64,000 nt of DNA, from positions 21,142,001-21,206,000 of the forward strand of contig OX597836.1 in assembly GCA_951406725.2 (NCBI GenBank), read 5' to 3'. This DNA is from Octopus vulgaris (taxonomy: Eukaryota). A model generated the notes under the pieces. The model was not told where the DNA came from. It was given only the letters and a program-made list of their open reading frames with translations, and did not search any database. This document shows, piece after piece, positions 52,295 through 64,000 of the stretch; the first letter of the stretch is position 1; every line of letters begins with the position of its first letter. Both the position numbers and the translations under genes were made by a program.

Positions 52295-52757
52295 GAAATA
52301 TTAAATTTCTAAATCTCTCATAGAGATATGTACGGTGGTGGGGCGATAGAATGGTTGTATACTGTCAATCTAACGTGAACATGACAGTAGGGGGTTACAC
52401 CACCGCTATTTAGCTCTAGGAGGCATCGACGCCTCCTGATGGCTTTGACACATTTTTCCTGTGTCCTTATATACATTTATGAAGGGGAGACAAACACCCC
52501 CAGCAGCCAGGCCTGCATCTAGAGACACGCATGTTTCTGGGGGACCGATGAAGGACAATGATCCTGAAACATGCGTGTCTCTAGATGCAGGCCTGGCTGC
52601 TGGGGGTGTTTGTCTCCCCTTCGTAAATGTATATAAGGACACAGGAAAAATGTGTCAAAGCCATCAGGAGGCGTCGATGCTTCCTAGGGCTAAATAGCAG
52701 TGATGTAACCCCCTACTGTCACGTTCACGTTAGATTGACAGTATACAACCATTCTAT
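52291..52757 (+). mobile_element. Asymmetric fold-back element: 192-bp arms (52346-52537 / 52566-52757) with a hammerhead-like core at the axis
   Basis: About 6 mismatches by eye, all transitions; the 28-nt loop and right arm read CCGATGA-AGGA caatga TCCT-GAA-ACA tgcg TGT-C; (TA)n on both flanks. Confidence 0.8.
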
Positions 52758-53276
52758 ATATATATATTATATATATATATATATATACACATATATACAC
52801 AAACGCGCACACACACACATATGTCTAAACACATGCACAGTGTGAGGGAAAAAAACCCACACTTTACAGGATGACAAACATTTTACTGTAAATGCATGAT
52901 ATGCACTACTGGTTAAAACTATGTGGGTGACTGATAAAAAATAAAAACAGTAAAAGCCACCACTACCATCTGCCTAACTTCACAAGCAGCAACACATCAA
53001 TGGCCATGTAAAATATGGGACAAGATCTTTCTGCCACACCTCCAAGTGTGAGAACCATATACACCCTTCTCTAGAAATCCTGTAGTAATTCCATTAAGGC
53101 ATAGTCTACAATGTTGATGCTGTGCCCCCAAAACTGGCCAATCTGCTTGTTCTATTTATTTATGTATGACAAGGTCAATAACATATAGATAATACACAAG
53201 GTGAATATGCAAAGAAAGATTGTATTAAAAATCTCTCCAACCAATGTAAGCACAGAAAAACTAAAGCTGAAGTGAT

Positions 53277-53315
<39 letters not shown>

Positions 53316-53530
53316 GCATGCACAGAGGTAGGAGGAAAATTGACAACAACTTCTTCCTACTCCTCTTCACACTAACTGCAAACAAGGTAAATATCACCAT
53401 GGTAATGACAGGAACCATACCTATCCCAACCTCAGAACGGAAACCAATAATAAAAGTGTTAACTTCTGTGGGCTCATATAAAATAGAAAGAAAAAAACCC
53501 AACAAAATGAAACAGAAAAATGAATGTGCA

Positions 53531-53579
<49 letters not shown>

Positions 53580-54084
53580 CTAGGTTTGTTAAACTCTGCT
53601 GCTTCAGGTAAAATTAGTAGCTCGTTATTTAAGCATGCAATAGTCGTATATCTAAGCTATGTGATGTGAGTTAATCTAATCTTAATCCTACATGATTAAG
53701 GTAAAAACCTATAAAGATTTAAAACTGTCCAATCATGTACACTGTTTCAGCTTTTATAATTCAAAATATTTTTTTTTATTTCTTTATTTTTTTGTTGTTC
53801 TTTTGTCACAAATGTTTCGTGCTGCAGTAAAAATACATAATAAAGACTATTTTATGTCACGACTATTATTACTTTGCAAAAGGAGAGAGGAGTTTTAAGC
53901 AAGTCAAGGCCATGCTCCATGTTTTAGTTTTAATTAAAGCCATTTCTTTTTATGTCATTGCTGATCCCCAGGATGAGTCAACATGATGGCCTATATTTGA
54001 GTTGATCAGTCTGCTAGAAAACACAGCAAAATCACCCTTGCATCACACCCTGCAATCTTACACAAAAAACAAAAAAATGTGAAA

Positions 54085-54390
54085 AACACATTTGACTACG
54101 CAATTGATGGTAGTCTCTTGTACTCGGAGAAAGATGGTTCTGCAATTTCTTGTATGATTTGTTTATAGTGATCAAATGTTTGTGCTGTGTTCACTCCCTC
54201 TGTCAAATCAACATCAATGTTACTTGAACAAGTGCACAGTGTACACACAACAGGTGTCAAAGTGATCACAGGGTAACATGAGATGAAGCATTTTGCTCAA
54301 AAACACAATGCACCACCCAGTCCAGAAATTTGAGGTGCAATTTCGTGACTGTGAATGCAACACCTAAACCACATGGCCATGTGCCCTCAT
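54085..54390 (-). repeat. tRNA-headed SINE of a further family (partial relatives near 9560-9655 and 22500-22720)
   Basis: Head gagggcacatggccatgtggtttagg, ttgagcaaaatgcttcatctc, gtgatcactttgacacctg. Confidence 0.6.
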
Positions 54391-54561
54391 ATGTAATCAT
54401 TGACATCCAAAAGTACAGAAAGGTCGTGGTTGGAATACCTTTGATCATTGGCCTGCTCAACCAAGACATACTTAGGGCTAAAATAACAAGGCCCTTAAGT
54501 AAAACTTGAACATGACACAATCTCATGTCTCCTCTTCTACATAATTTATAGTCTTGTGCAT

Positions 54562-54966
54562 CTCTCTCTCTCTCTTTTACTTGTTTCAATCATTTGACTG
54601 CGGCCATGCTGGAGCACCGCCTTTAGTCAAGCAAATCAACCCCGGGACTTATTCTTTGTAAGCCCAGTACTTATTCTATCGGTCTCTTTTGCCAAACCGC
54701 TAAGTGATGGGGACGTAAACACACCAGCATCGGTTGTCAAGCAATGCTAGGGGGACAAACACAGACACACAAACATATACACACACACATACATATATAT
54801 ATACATATATACGACAGGCTTCTTTCAGTTTCTGTCTACCAAATCCACTCACAAGGCATTGGTCGGCCCGGGGCTATAGCAGAAGACACTTGCCCAAGAT
54901 GCCACGCAGTGGGACTGAACCCGGAACCACATGTGGCTGGTAAGCAAGCTACTTACCACACAGCCT
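54562..54966 (-). repeat. Young major SINE lacking the first ~11 nt of the head
   Basis: Reverse complement of 43139-43555 with shared diagnostic variants. Confidence 0.9.
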
Positions 54967-56484
54967 TTCTTTTTTTTTTTTTTTTTTCTTCAACTTAGCA
55001 TAAAAGTCTTATGAGCCAAGTGCATGATTGGATATCAGTTCCATGTAAGAACCATTTCACTTATGTCAGTCATGTTCTTGGGAAAGGTATGAACATCACA
55101 TTTCATAATTATGTAAGAAATCAATATTATTGTTACTATTACTATTGTTATCCTAGAAAGACCAACTTTCAACTTCTGGAATTTGATAAAAAAAGTTGCA
55201 GCTCTTAGATCTGGTATTCCCCACAATCTCTCATAGTCCAAAAACTTTCATGATCTAACAGTTCCTATAATCTTGCAATTCCAGCAGTCTGACAACTCCT
55301 GTGAGTGATTCAGGTTAGCAAATGCCTTAGGGCAAATCAGCCTGTTCCCTTTTATGTTGAAAAAGTGAAAATTAACTAGGTGATAGAAAGCAATGCACCC
55401 TTTCCTCTTTATGGCTATTTTACTGTTCACTTTATTTTTTGTGCTATATTCTACATACTATGCATGTACTTTTAACTCTCATTGTTATATTTTTAACTCA
55501 ACTTATTGCTATATTCTGCATACGCTTTCTCTTTTCCAGTGAGTTGTATTGCACCTGAGTACTGCATTCAATAAGCCCATTAGTATTAAGACAGCAAGCT
55601 GGCAGAATCATTAATGCATCAGACCAAATATTTAGAGGATATTTCTTCCAGCTCTTTATATTTTATGCTCAAATTTTGCAAAGCTCAACTTCGCCTTTCA
55701 TCCTTTGGAGGTCAATAAAACAAGTACCAGTTGAACACTGGGATCAATGTAATCAACTTACTCCCTTCCCTAAAAATTTGCCAAGATTTCTTTTAATGCC
55801 AAAATTAGAAAAAAATTATGATTAAAATAAGTAATGAGACTGAAATAAGTAGTGAAAAGTTGTCAGTATGATCAACTAAAATACTTGACGGCAATGCTCT
55901 AGCATGGCCACAGTCCACTGACTGAAACTAGTAGAAGAGTAAAAGAAATAAAATAGTTAACATGACAGTCACCTTGTCTATAGAAGGTTCCCACAAAACC
56001 TGAAACAATACAGTGCATATTTATATAAAAGGTTGTCAGAGGACTTGATTATCGCTAAGTAAAAATAACATTGTGAATAGCTAAAAAAAATACCATATCA
56101 AGATAAGGTTGAGAAAACTTCATTTCATGCATACATAATGACACCAGAAAATTGATTGAACAAAAAAAAAAAGACAACAAAACAAAGGACATTAACTAGA
56201 GATAATATCATTCCATAAAATTAAATAGAGCATTATCTTGTCTGAAAATAGTGTTTAAAAGTTAATATCTACCTTTAATTTAGATAGTAAACATTAAGTT
56301 TCACACAAATAAAATGGATTAAAGTTCTTTTTATGCATCATTATCGCCATCATGGTTTTAATGTCCACTTTTATTCCTGCTTGCATAAGTCAGACAGAAT
56401 ATCTTGAGGCAGATTTTGTATGATTGGATGCCCTTCCTGTTACCAACCCTCACCAGTTTCCAGGCAAGATGCTCCAAACCACAT

Positions 56485-56950
56485 AGGCAAGTTTGACATG
56501 AAACTAGAATGTTTTGTGTCTGTTGTGCGAGCCATATGCCAGAAATATGTCCCAAAGCAGAAGGCCAAAACAAATAAGAACAAGATTCCAAAGGAGAGGA
56601 AGATCCTCATGAGACGACGGACGAAGGTTGCAAATCGACTCAACCAACATCCCAAAAGTAGCGAAAGGTCCCGCCTAAAAACAACACTGATGGAGAGTGA
56701 TAAAAGGCTGCAACAATCCTATGTGAGGGAGAAAGCAGACAAAGAAGCCTGGGTTATAAAAAACATTAAATCAAACCCAAAGGCCTTCTTTTATTACGCG
56801 AAAGGAACAGCCTCAGTACACTGCAAGATAGGACCCATCTTCCAAAAGGATGGCTCCCTCACAGATAGTCCAATGAGGATCAGTGAGGTACTGAATGACC
56901 AGTTCAAAAGTGTCTTTACCACCCCGTTGGAACACAGACAAGTGAACGAA
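56485..56950 (+). mobile_element. CR1/L2-group LINE ORF2 fragment (linker between endonuclease and RT)
   Basis: Open frame ..ICQKYVPKQKAKTNKNKIPKERKILMRRR..IKNIKSNPKAFFYYAK..IGPIFQKDGSLTDSPMRISEVLNDQFKSVFT; NPKAF and LNxQFxSVFT motifs; both ORF ends lie in unrelated repeat remnants. Confidence 0.8.
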
Positions 56951-57448
56951 CAACTGACTTGGATCTTGGGGGAACATCTAACCCATACCACCATGGAAAG
57001 GAGACATAAAATGATAGTGATGATATGCTAGTGAGTGTGTGCTCTTTTATGTGTTTTAAGCCATATGACTGCTGTCAAACTGGAGTACATGCATACACTC
57101 AAGAAATATTCTTTCATTAGTCAAACTGAGACATACTGGGGGTTCACCTTAAAAGGTAGTGGTACACATATGTTCCATTAAGTTTGGTAATTATTTTTGC
57201 TACATTCTATTTTTCACACTGCAATATTACAGAACAAACACAGACATCATTCTGTTTTCAAGCAATTGCAAGCAAAGATAAACACATTCACATACAAACG
57301 TCTCAGCAGTTTCCATCAACCAATTTCACTCACAAGACAGTAGAGAACACTTGCCCAAGGTGCTATGCAATGGAACTGAACCCAAGACCACATTGTTGTA
57401 AAGTGAATTTCCTAACCACACAGCCATGTCTTTGCATATGAGAAATAT

Positions 57449-57751
57449 CACCGTGACTGACCAGACTATCAGATGTTGCTACACATCGCTGGTCACAATG
57501 CGTTTTGCATTGTTTTTAGCCTTCAAATGACGCCACCCTGCTGGCTAAGCGAGCAGGCCAACAGAAGAAAGAGTGAGAGAAGGTTGTGGTGAAAGAGTAC
57601 AGCAGGGATCGCCATCACGCCCTGCCGGAGCCTCGTGGAGCTTCAGGTGTTTTTGCTCAATAAACACACACAACGCCCGATCTGGGAATCGAAACCGCGA
57701 TCCTACGACCGCGAATCCGCTGCCCTAACCACTGGGCCATTGCACCTCCAC
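57449..57751 (-). repeat. Full-length tRNA-headed SINE (distinct family)
   Basis: Head gtggaggtgcaatggcccagtggttagg..ggtttcgattccc (A and B boxes); 11-bp TSD atgagaaatat (57438-57448, 57752-57762). Confidence 0.9.
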
Positions 57752-58718
57752 ATGAGAAATATAAAAGTGCTTAATGCAAGCCAGTGGTAGACATGCAATG
57801 AATCATTTAAAGACCATGCATATCTACACCAGAATATCAATTCTATAGTTCTTGTATGAAGATAAATCATCAATGAAATGTATAAATTACAGTGATCATG
57901 CCAGAAGATATAGAAGATGCATAAAACGATCAATACAGAATAAATAATTCTAGTCTTTGTACATACACACACATGCACGCTCACACAGAGTTTATATGCT
58001 AATAGCTTTCTCTCTCTCTCTCTCTCTACTAGTTTTTACATATTTATCTATCAAGACAGTCTACTATTTCTTTTTATGTATGTTTAGTGGACTTGGACAA
58101 CTAGAGAACTCGTAGCTTCTCTTTCTCTTTGTCTCACTACATTAAAAAACTCAACTCTATTCGGAACACCACAGTAGGAATTTGTCTTGGCTCTCATTGA
58201 AATAATCCAAACTTATTTAACTAACATTGTAGTATAGCTACCAATCACAAGAACCAAAGAGCAAAAGTCATTTTGCTTCACTTCATTTACACTGCTTAAT
58301 ATCTTTGAGGAAGACACGAATGCTACAATCTCATTCTTCTCCCTAAATAAATATTTTGTAGTGATCTAATGTGTTAATAGAAAAAAATAAAATCAATATG
58401 CTATCTACCTAATATGAATGGCAAAGATTTGAAGAGCCTAGCAACCATACAGAGGATTTGTTTTCTCTTTTTGTTTTCCTGGTAGTATTTGCATTCCCCA
58501 TTCACTCCGGGAAGGAGCACACATAAAAGTTCATTCATAAAATGAGTTTGTATGTGTAAAGGGGAATTCTGACATTTCAAGCAGGACCCTTTCTTCATAG
58601 AAAGGACATTGATAGAAGTGTCAGAACTCTATCATTCTCACAGTATATGAACTTTTTGTGTTTTACAAATGCAATTTGAGGTTTTTTTGCTATTTTTACA
58701 GCTATTATATATATATAT

Positions 58719-59129
58719 CATCGTCGTTTAACGTCCGTTCTCCATGCTAGCATGGGTTGGACGGTTCGACCGGGGTTCTGGGAAGCCAGAAGGCTGCACC
58801 AGGCTCCAGTCTAATCTGGCAATGTTTCTACAGCTGGATGCCCTTCCTAACGCCAACCACTCCGTGAGTGTAGTGGGTGCTTTTTACGTGCCACCTGCAC
58901 GTATATATATAGCCGTTGTCAGCGCCGCCTCGACTGGCCTCCATGCCGGTGGCACGTAAAAAGCACCCACTACACTCACGGAGTGGTTGGCATCAGGAAG
59001 GGCATCCAGCAGTAGAAACACTGCCAGATCAGACTGGGCCTGGTGCAGCCTCCTGGCTTCCCAGATCACAGTCGAACCGTCCAACCCATGCTAGCATGGA
59101 AAGCGGATGTTAAATGATGATGATGATGA
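58719..59129. repeat. Head-to-head inverted pair of RTE-3'-tail repeats
   Basis: 58719-58899 is the inverted complement of about 58944-59125; ~45-nt spacer containing a short TA run; TA runs outside. Confidence 0.9.
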
Positions 59130-59505
59130 TATATATATATATATCTCCACATCTGAATGAGACAGTCATCATTAGACTCAATGGCTAATAATACACAAGC
59201 ATGAATGTTTAGATATAGTTTGCTTTAAATCCAATTTTCCATATGCTAACCAATTAGAGGAAAAAATAGTGAGATATATTTTTTTTAAAGTTGGGTACTG
59301 TGCCTGTTGCTAACCCTTCCTTGCTTTTCAGGTAAGGGAGTTTTCATTCTACTCACTCTGAAATACAAAGCTACTGGATGATACACTGACTGAAAAATCT
59401 CAAGAAATGATCCTATAAGTAATTCATCTCAGCACAGAATTTAAACATTCACACAACAGACACACAAAAAAGCATAAACACATATACACATGGATATACA
59501 TACAC

Positions 59506-59545
<40 letters not shown>

Positions 59546-62500
59546 GAAAATGGAGAAACAAATTCATTTCGATTATCAACTAACGGATATTACAATTTCA
59601 CATTATTTATTAATTATACAAATGGGAACATCAAAACAATATACATCAATATGTAATATAATAATAAAAAATAAAATAATACAAATATCCCATAGTGGGT
59701 TACTTTCATAACCCCTATCTTACTTTGTGTATATACATATATATATAACTGGCTTTGTACAGTTTCCATTTACCAGTGCATTCACAAGGCATTAGTTGGT
59801 CCAGCGCTATAGAAGACACTTGCCCAAGACCTACACTGAAACTGGATGGGAAGTATCACGAGACCTCAATAGGTAACAATAAGCAAACTTGTATGTGTTT
59901 TTATGCACGTACGCACACCTACATGTCTGTGAGCACATATCGTGGGAAGTAGGTTGGTGCAAATTATATGAGATTTATGTGATAAATTTAGACACAAGCA
60001 ACCATTGACTTAAATTACACAAGTAGCCAATGACTTAAATATATTTTATTGTTATTTATATATTACTCTTTGTTAAGGTGCACTCATCCATTTTCCCCCG
60101 TGAGTCACACACCTATCGTTTACTCATTTAGCATATCTGTAAACTTGTCAATAAAATAAGATATAAATGCACTAATAAGACTCCTCCCACAATATAAACA
60201 TGTCGCATGAGAAACACCCATGCAATAAATATAAATATATGCATTTGTATGTGTGTGTGTGTGTTTACATACACAGACACACACACTGTTTATAAAGTAC
60301 TTTATCATACACAACAAATAAGCAATTACTTTAGAGTTCCAAACTACATTGCAAATGTATTGTAACAATATATACATCATAATATGCCCACTCTTTGTCA
60401 AAGCAGGTTTTCTATGGCAAGATAACTTTATCGTTGCCAAACCTCATAGGTTTCCCTCAAACACATTATTTCCCCATGAGAGATCGGAAATAAACAACTG
60501 TTGTATTGCGGTGACATTCATTTAAAACTATCACATAATGTCACGACAAGGAAATGCTTGTACACACACACACACACACACATTCAAAACAGGTTTCTTT
60601 CATTTTCTGTCAAAGAAATCTATGCACAAAGCTTCAATCAGCTCAAGACTATGGTGGAAAACACTAACTCAAGGTGCCATGCAATGAAACTGAACCCGAA
60701 ACCATGTGATTTATAAGGAAAATTCTCAATCACACAGGTATACCTGCAGGCGCAGATATTGCTGTTTAGTTAAAAAGCATGTTTCCCAACAGATCTCAGG
60801 TTCCATTCCGCAGTGCAGCACCTTGGGCAAGTGTCATCTATCACAGCCTTGGAGTGACCAAAGTCTTGAGAGTGGATTTGGTAGACAGAAACCAAAAGAA
60901 GCCTGCTGCATAAAAAAGTATGTGTGTGTTTGTGCAAATGCATTTGTGTGTGCCTTTGTCTAAACATTGCATAATGGTTGTAAATGAGCATCATCTTCAT
61001 ACAAGTGAAGTGGAGTGGAGAGACAAAGAGAAAATAAGCTTGAATATATATTTCTTGATGAAACACATTGGTATGAAATAAATTTAATATTCATGTATAC
61101 TAACATCTGTATTTCCACATGTATTTTTGCATGTATATTCTCATATGTATGTTAAACTATATTACATGCTCTCCACTACGTATCAAGCGCTATGTTTGTA
61201 CAACATAGAGAGAGAAAGAAAGAGATACCAAGAAATAACAGACACACTTATTCTTGTTTCAGTCATTGAGCCATTGAACAGTGGCCATGTTAGGACACTA
61301 CCTAAAAAAAAATTTAGTCAATCAAATCAACCCTAGTGCTAATTTTAAGTTTGGTACTTATTCTATCAATCTCTTTTCACTGAACCACTAAGCTACAGGG
61401 ATGTGAACAATCTAACACTCGTTTTCCAGCAGTGAGAGAAAAACAGAAACCCATCTATTTACACACATGTGCACATACGCATGCATACAGAGAGAGAGAG
61501 AGAGAGAGACTTTCACACAATTTCTTTTTATCAAATTCACTCACAAGGCATTGGTTGACCAAGGCTTTCAAGACTCCTGCCAAAAGTACAATAAAGTGAG
61601 AATGAACCCAAAAAATTGGCACTTTACAATACAAACTTTTTAACCACACAACCATGTCTAAGAAAATGTCAAATAATTAAAACAGAAAAACAAAACAAAA
61701 GATGTTAAGGTAATCCAAAAAGTATTTTTTCAACGATTTGCAAATTCAAGTAAAAAAAAATCAAAGAAATCTTGCTTGTTTAAATAAAATCTGAAATAGT
61801 TTATGTAATGTGAAAACTGGGAAATTCGAATTCACACAGTTGTCACATACAAACACTTCAGAAATAAAACAAACATAGTACCTTATTTACTTGTCCCCTA
61901 ATTTAGTACAAAATGTTTTTCTTCTAGTTTTAGCTTTGCCCTGCGTGTAAATTGCACCCCAGTTTTTTCATTTAAAATCAATAGTGTGACTTATGTAAAA
62001 ACAGTATTTAAAACTGTTTGAAAGAAAGGAAGGAAAACAGAAAAAAAAACAGAAAACAACAGTTTATAATTTATGATAAATTTTGTTATTTCAGGGTTAA
62101 GACCTATTTATAAAGGCAAACCAGGAACAAGGAATTAAGTATTAACTTCAAATTTTGGGACAAGGCCAGCAATTTCAGGGTAGGGTGTGAGTTGATTTAC
62201 TGACCCCCAGTGATCAACTGGTACTTATTTTATTGACCTTGAAAGAATGAAAGGGAAAGTTGACCTTGGCAGAATTTGAACTCAGAACATAAAGCCAGAT
62301 GAAATGCTGGAAGAGCCTGCTGTGTTAACGATTTTACCAGCTCGTTGCCTTATAAGGAATCAAATATTAATCACATCATCAGTATCATATTATGAGGAAG
62401 TGTGTCTTTCACTGAAGAGGTTTAATAAAAACACAAAAGAATCCCCAAAATGGGGGAAGAGCATCTACAAACAAAATAGGTTGATTCAGAAGAGCACTCC

Positions 62501-63690
62501 ACACACAACCCCAAGGTACCCTGATGCACCAAAGACAAGTGAGTGAGTTTTTTCTTTTAGCCTGCAACTACCTAAGCTCATTTGGCTGTGCCAATTTTAT
62601 CCAAACTCACCTAACTTTCAAAAAATTTTCTGGGGGTGCTGTACCTCCTGTGCCAAATTTAGCCTAATTCACCAAATCTAATAAAATTTGCTGGGGAAGG
62701 GGTGGGTGCAGAACTTCCTCCTCTATCCTCACCTTCATTTTCATGCAGTATTTGAAGAAGCTGAAGGAGGTTATGTGAAAACTAAATCTAAGAAGTTACG
62801 TCAACAGTTGTCAAATGGCACAATGTATATATTTAAAAGTATAATTTATGACTTCAGAAAATACATATTAATAAGTCTTGAAAAACCTGCTATATTACTC
62901 ATAACTTTGTTATATGCAAATACATGACTAATACAACAAGGTAGGAAATAGTTTTCAGGAGTAGCAGAACCATTAAAGCATCAGGTAAAATTCCTTGCCA
63001 TATGTATTACAACTGTTTACATTCAGAGTTCAAATTCTGCCTATTTGAGGTTTTGTGCCTATGTACGATATCTGTTTTGATTTTACCTAAACTGTTTGCA
63101 AAGTGCATCAGTTTGATGTCACCATTTCAATGTCCACTTTTCCATGCTTCCATGGGTCAGATGGCATTTATCATGCTTGATTTTCTAAGACTATGTCCTC
63201 CCTATTGACAATCCTCACCTGTTTACAAGCAAACTAATATATCCCCATGGCCAGATATGTTTCCACAGAATATTGGAAATTAATAACATTACTTGTATGA
63301 TAGTGATGCTCATTTGCAATTATCATGCAACAACAGGCTTGTTTGAGTTTTCGTCTACCCAATCTATTCACAAGGTTTTTGGTTGGCCTGAGGCTGCAGC
63401 AGAAGACACAAGCTCAAGATGCCATACAGTGGGATTGAACTTGAAACTATGAGCTTGGAAAGCAGACTTCTTAACCACACACACACACACACACACCACA
63501 TACATCACAACCTCATCGGGAAAGAAAAGGGTAAAGAATTAGAGGCGTGGGGACATTTTTTACCTAGTATTCCTGTTTTGCACAATGAGAACAATATTCC
63601 GAAAGAATATTTTCCCTCCCCCCCAATTTTTTTCTTTAGCATTTTTCATCCCCCTACCCCCGCTCAATTCTGCGAGTACTACAACATTAA

Positions 63691-63906
63691 TCCCTTAGCA
63701 TTCAGATTATTCTATCAAATGTAATGCTTACTCATTCACATTGGAAATAATCATACATTATCTTATAGCTTGAAGATTTTAATGATGTGATTGTTTATTT
63801 TCAGAATGCCATTGTAGGATATAGATATGAAACCAGATTTGGTCAGCTTAGACATAAAACAACCAGAATATTTGGGCCGGATACAGCCAGTTTGAATGCT
63901 AAAGGG
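63691..63906. mobile_element. piggyBac-like MITE
   Basis: TTAA on both sides; TIRs tcccttagcattcaga / tttgaatgctaaaggg; partial relative at about 44955-45030. Confidence 0.8.
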
Positions 63907-64000
63907 TTAAACAAACACCCAACTATCAAGCTGATAAGAAAAGTATTCCATCTCCAATCACCTATTAGAATCTCCTGCTTGAAGAAGTATAATCTTATCT

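Noticed and set aside
52406-52697. Two near-identical 78-aa ORFs on opposite strands
   Set aside because: They are a by-product of the palindrome; no recognisable protein features.
56420-57031. 203-aa ORF as a host gene
   Set aside because: The core is a LINE ORF2 linker fragment; the start and stop lie in unrelated repeat remnants.
62749-62830. Plus-strand exon candidate (FEEAEGGYVKTKSKKLRQQ)
   Set aside because: The acceptor is plausible but there is no convincing donor or homology, and it adjoins a MITE-like remnant.

Overview
AT-rich eukaryotic genomic DNA, almost certainly intronic or intergenic. The repeat landscape (tRNA-headed SINEs, Meta-domain SINEs, RTE-tail repeats, dense (TA)n/(CA)n) resembles Octopus (inferred from remembered repeat families, not from a search). 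I recognise no intact host protein-coding gene, and nearly all ORF-track entries are microsatellite or SINE artefacts. Identifiable elements: decayed RTE-clade LINE fragments with a Cys/His finger, a CR1-like LINE fragment, a mariner remnant with one TIR, a Penelope-like element (GIY-YIG C-terminus plus inverted pseudo-LTR), non-autonomous Helitrons, hAT-like and piggyBac-like MITEs, a truncated tRNA-Glu(TTC), two minisatellites and a few weak exon candidates. Main observation: about ten sequence-unrelated short repeats, mostly in (TA)n tracts, each carry a minimal type-I hammerhead-ribozyme-like fold (stem I, CUGANGA-like core, stem II, GAAA, usually palindromic stem III). Four of them are asymmetric fold-back insertions and one is a ~352-nt direct-repeat-bounded unit resembling a retrozyme. 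This points to a diverse Penelope/retrozyme system with recurrent non-canonical cores.
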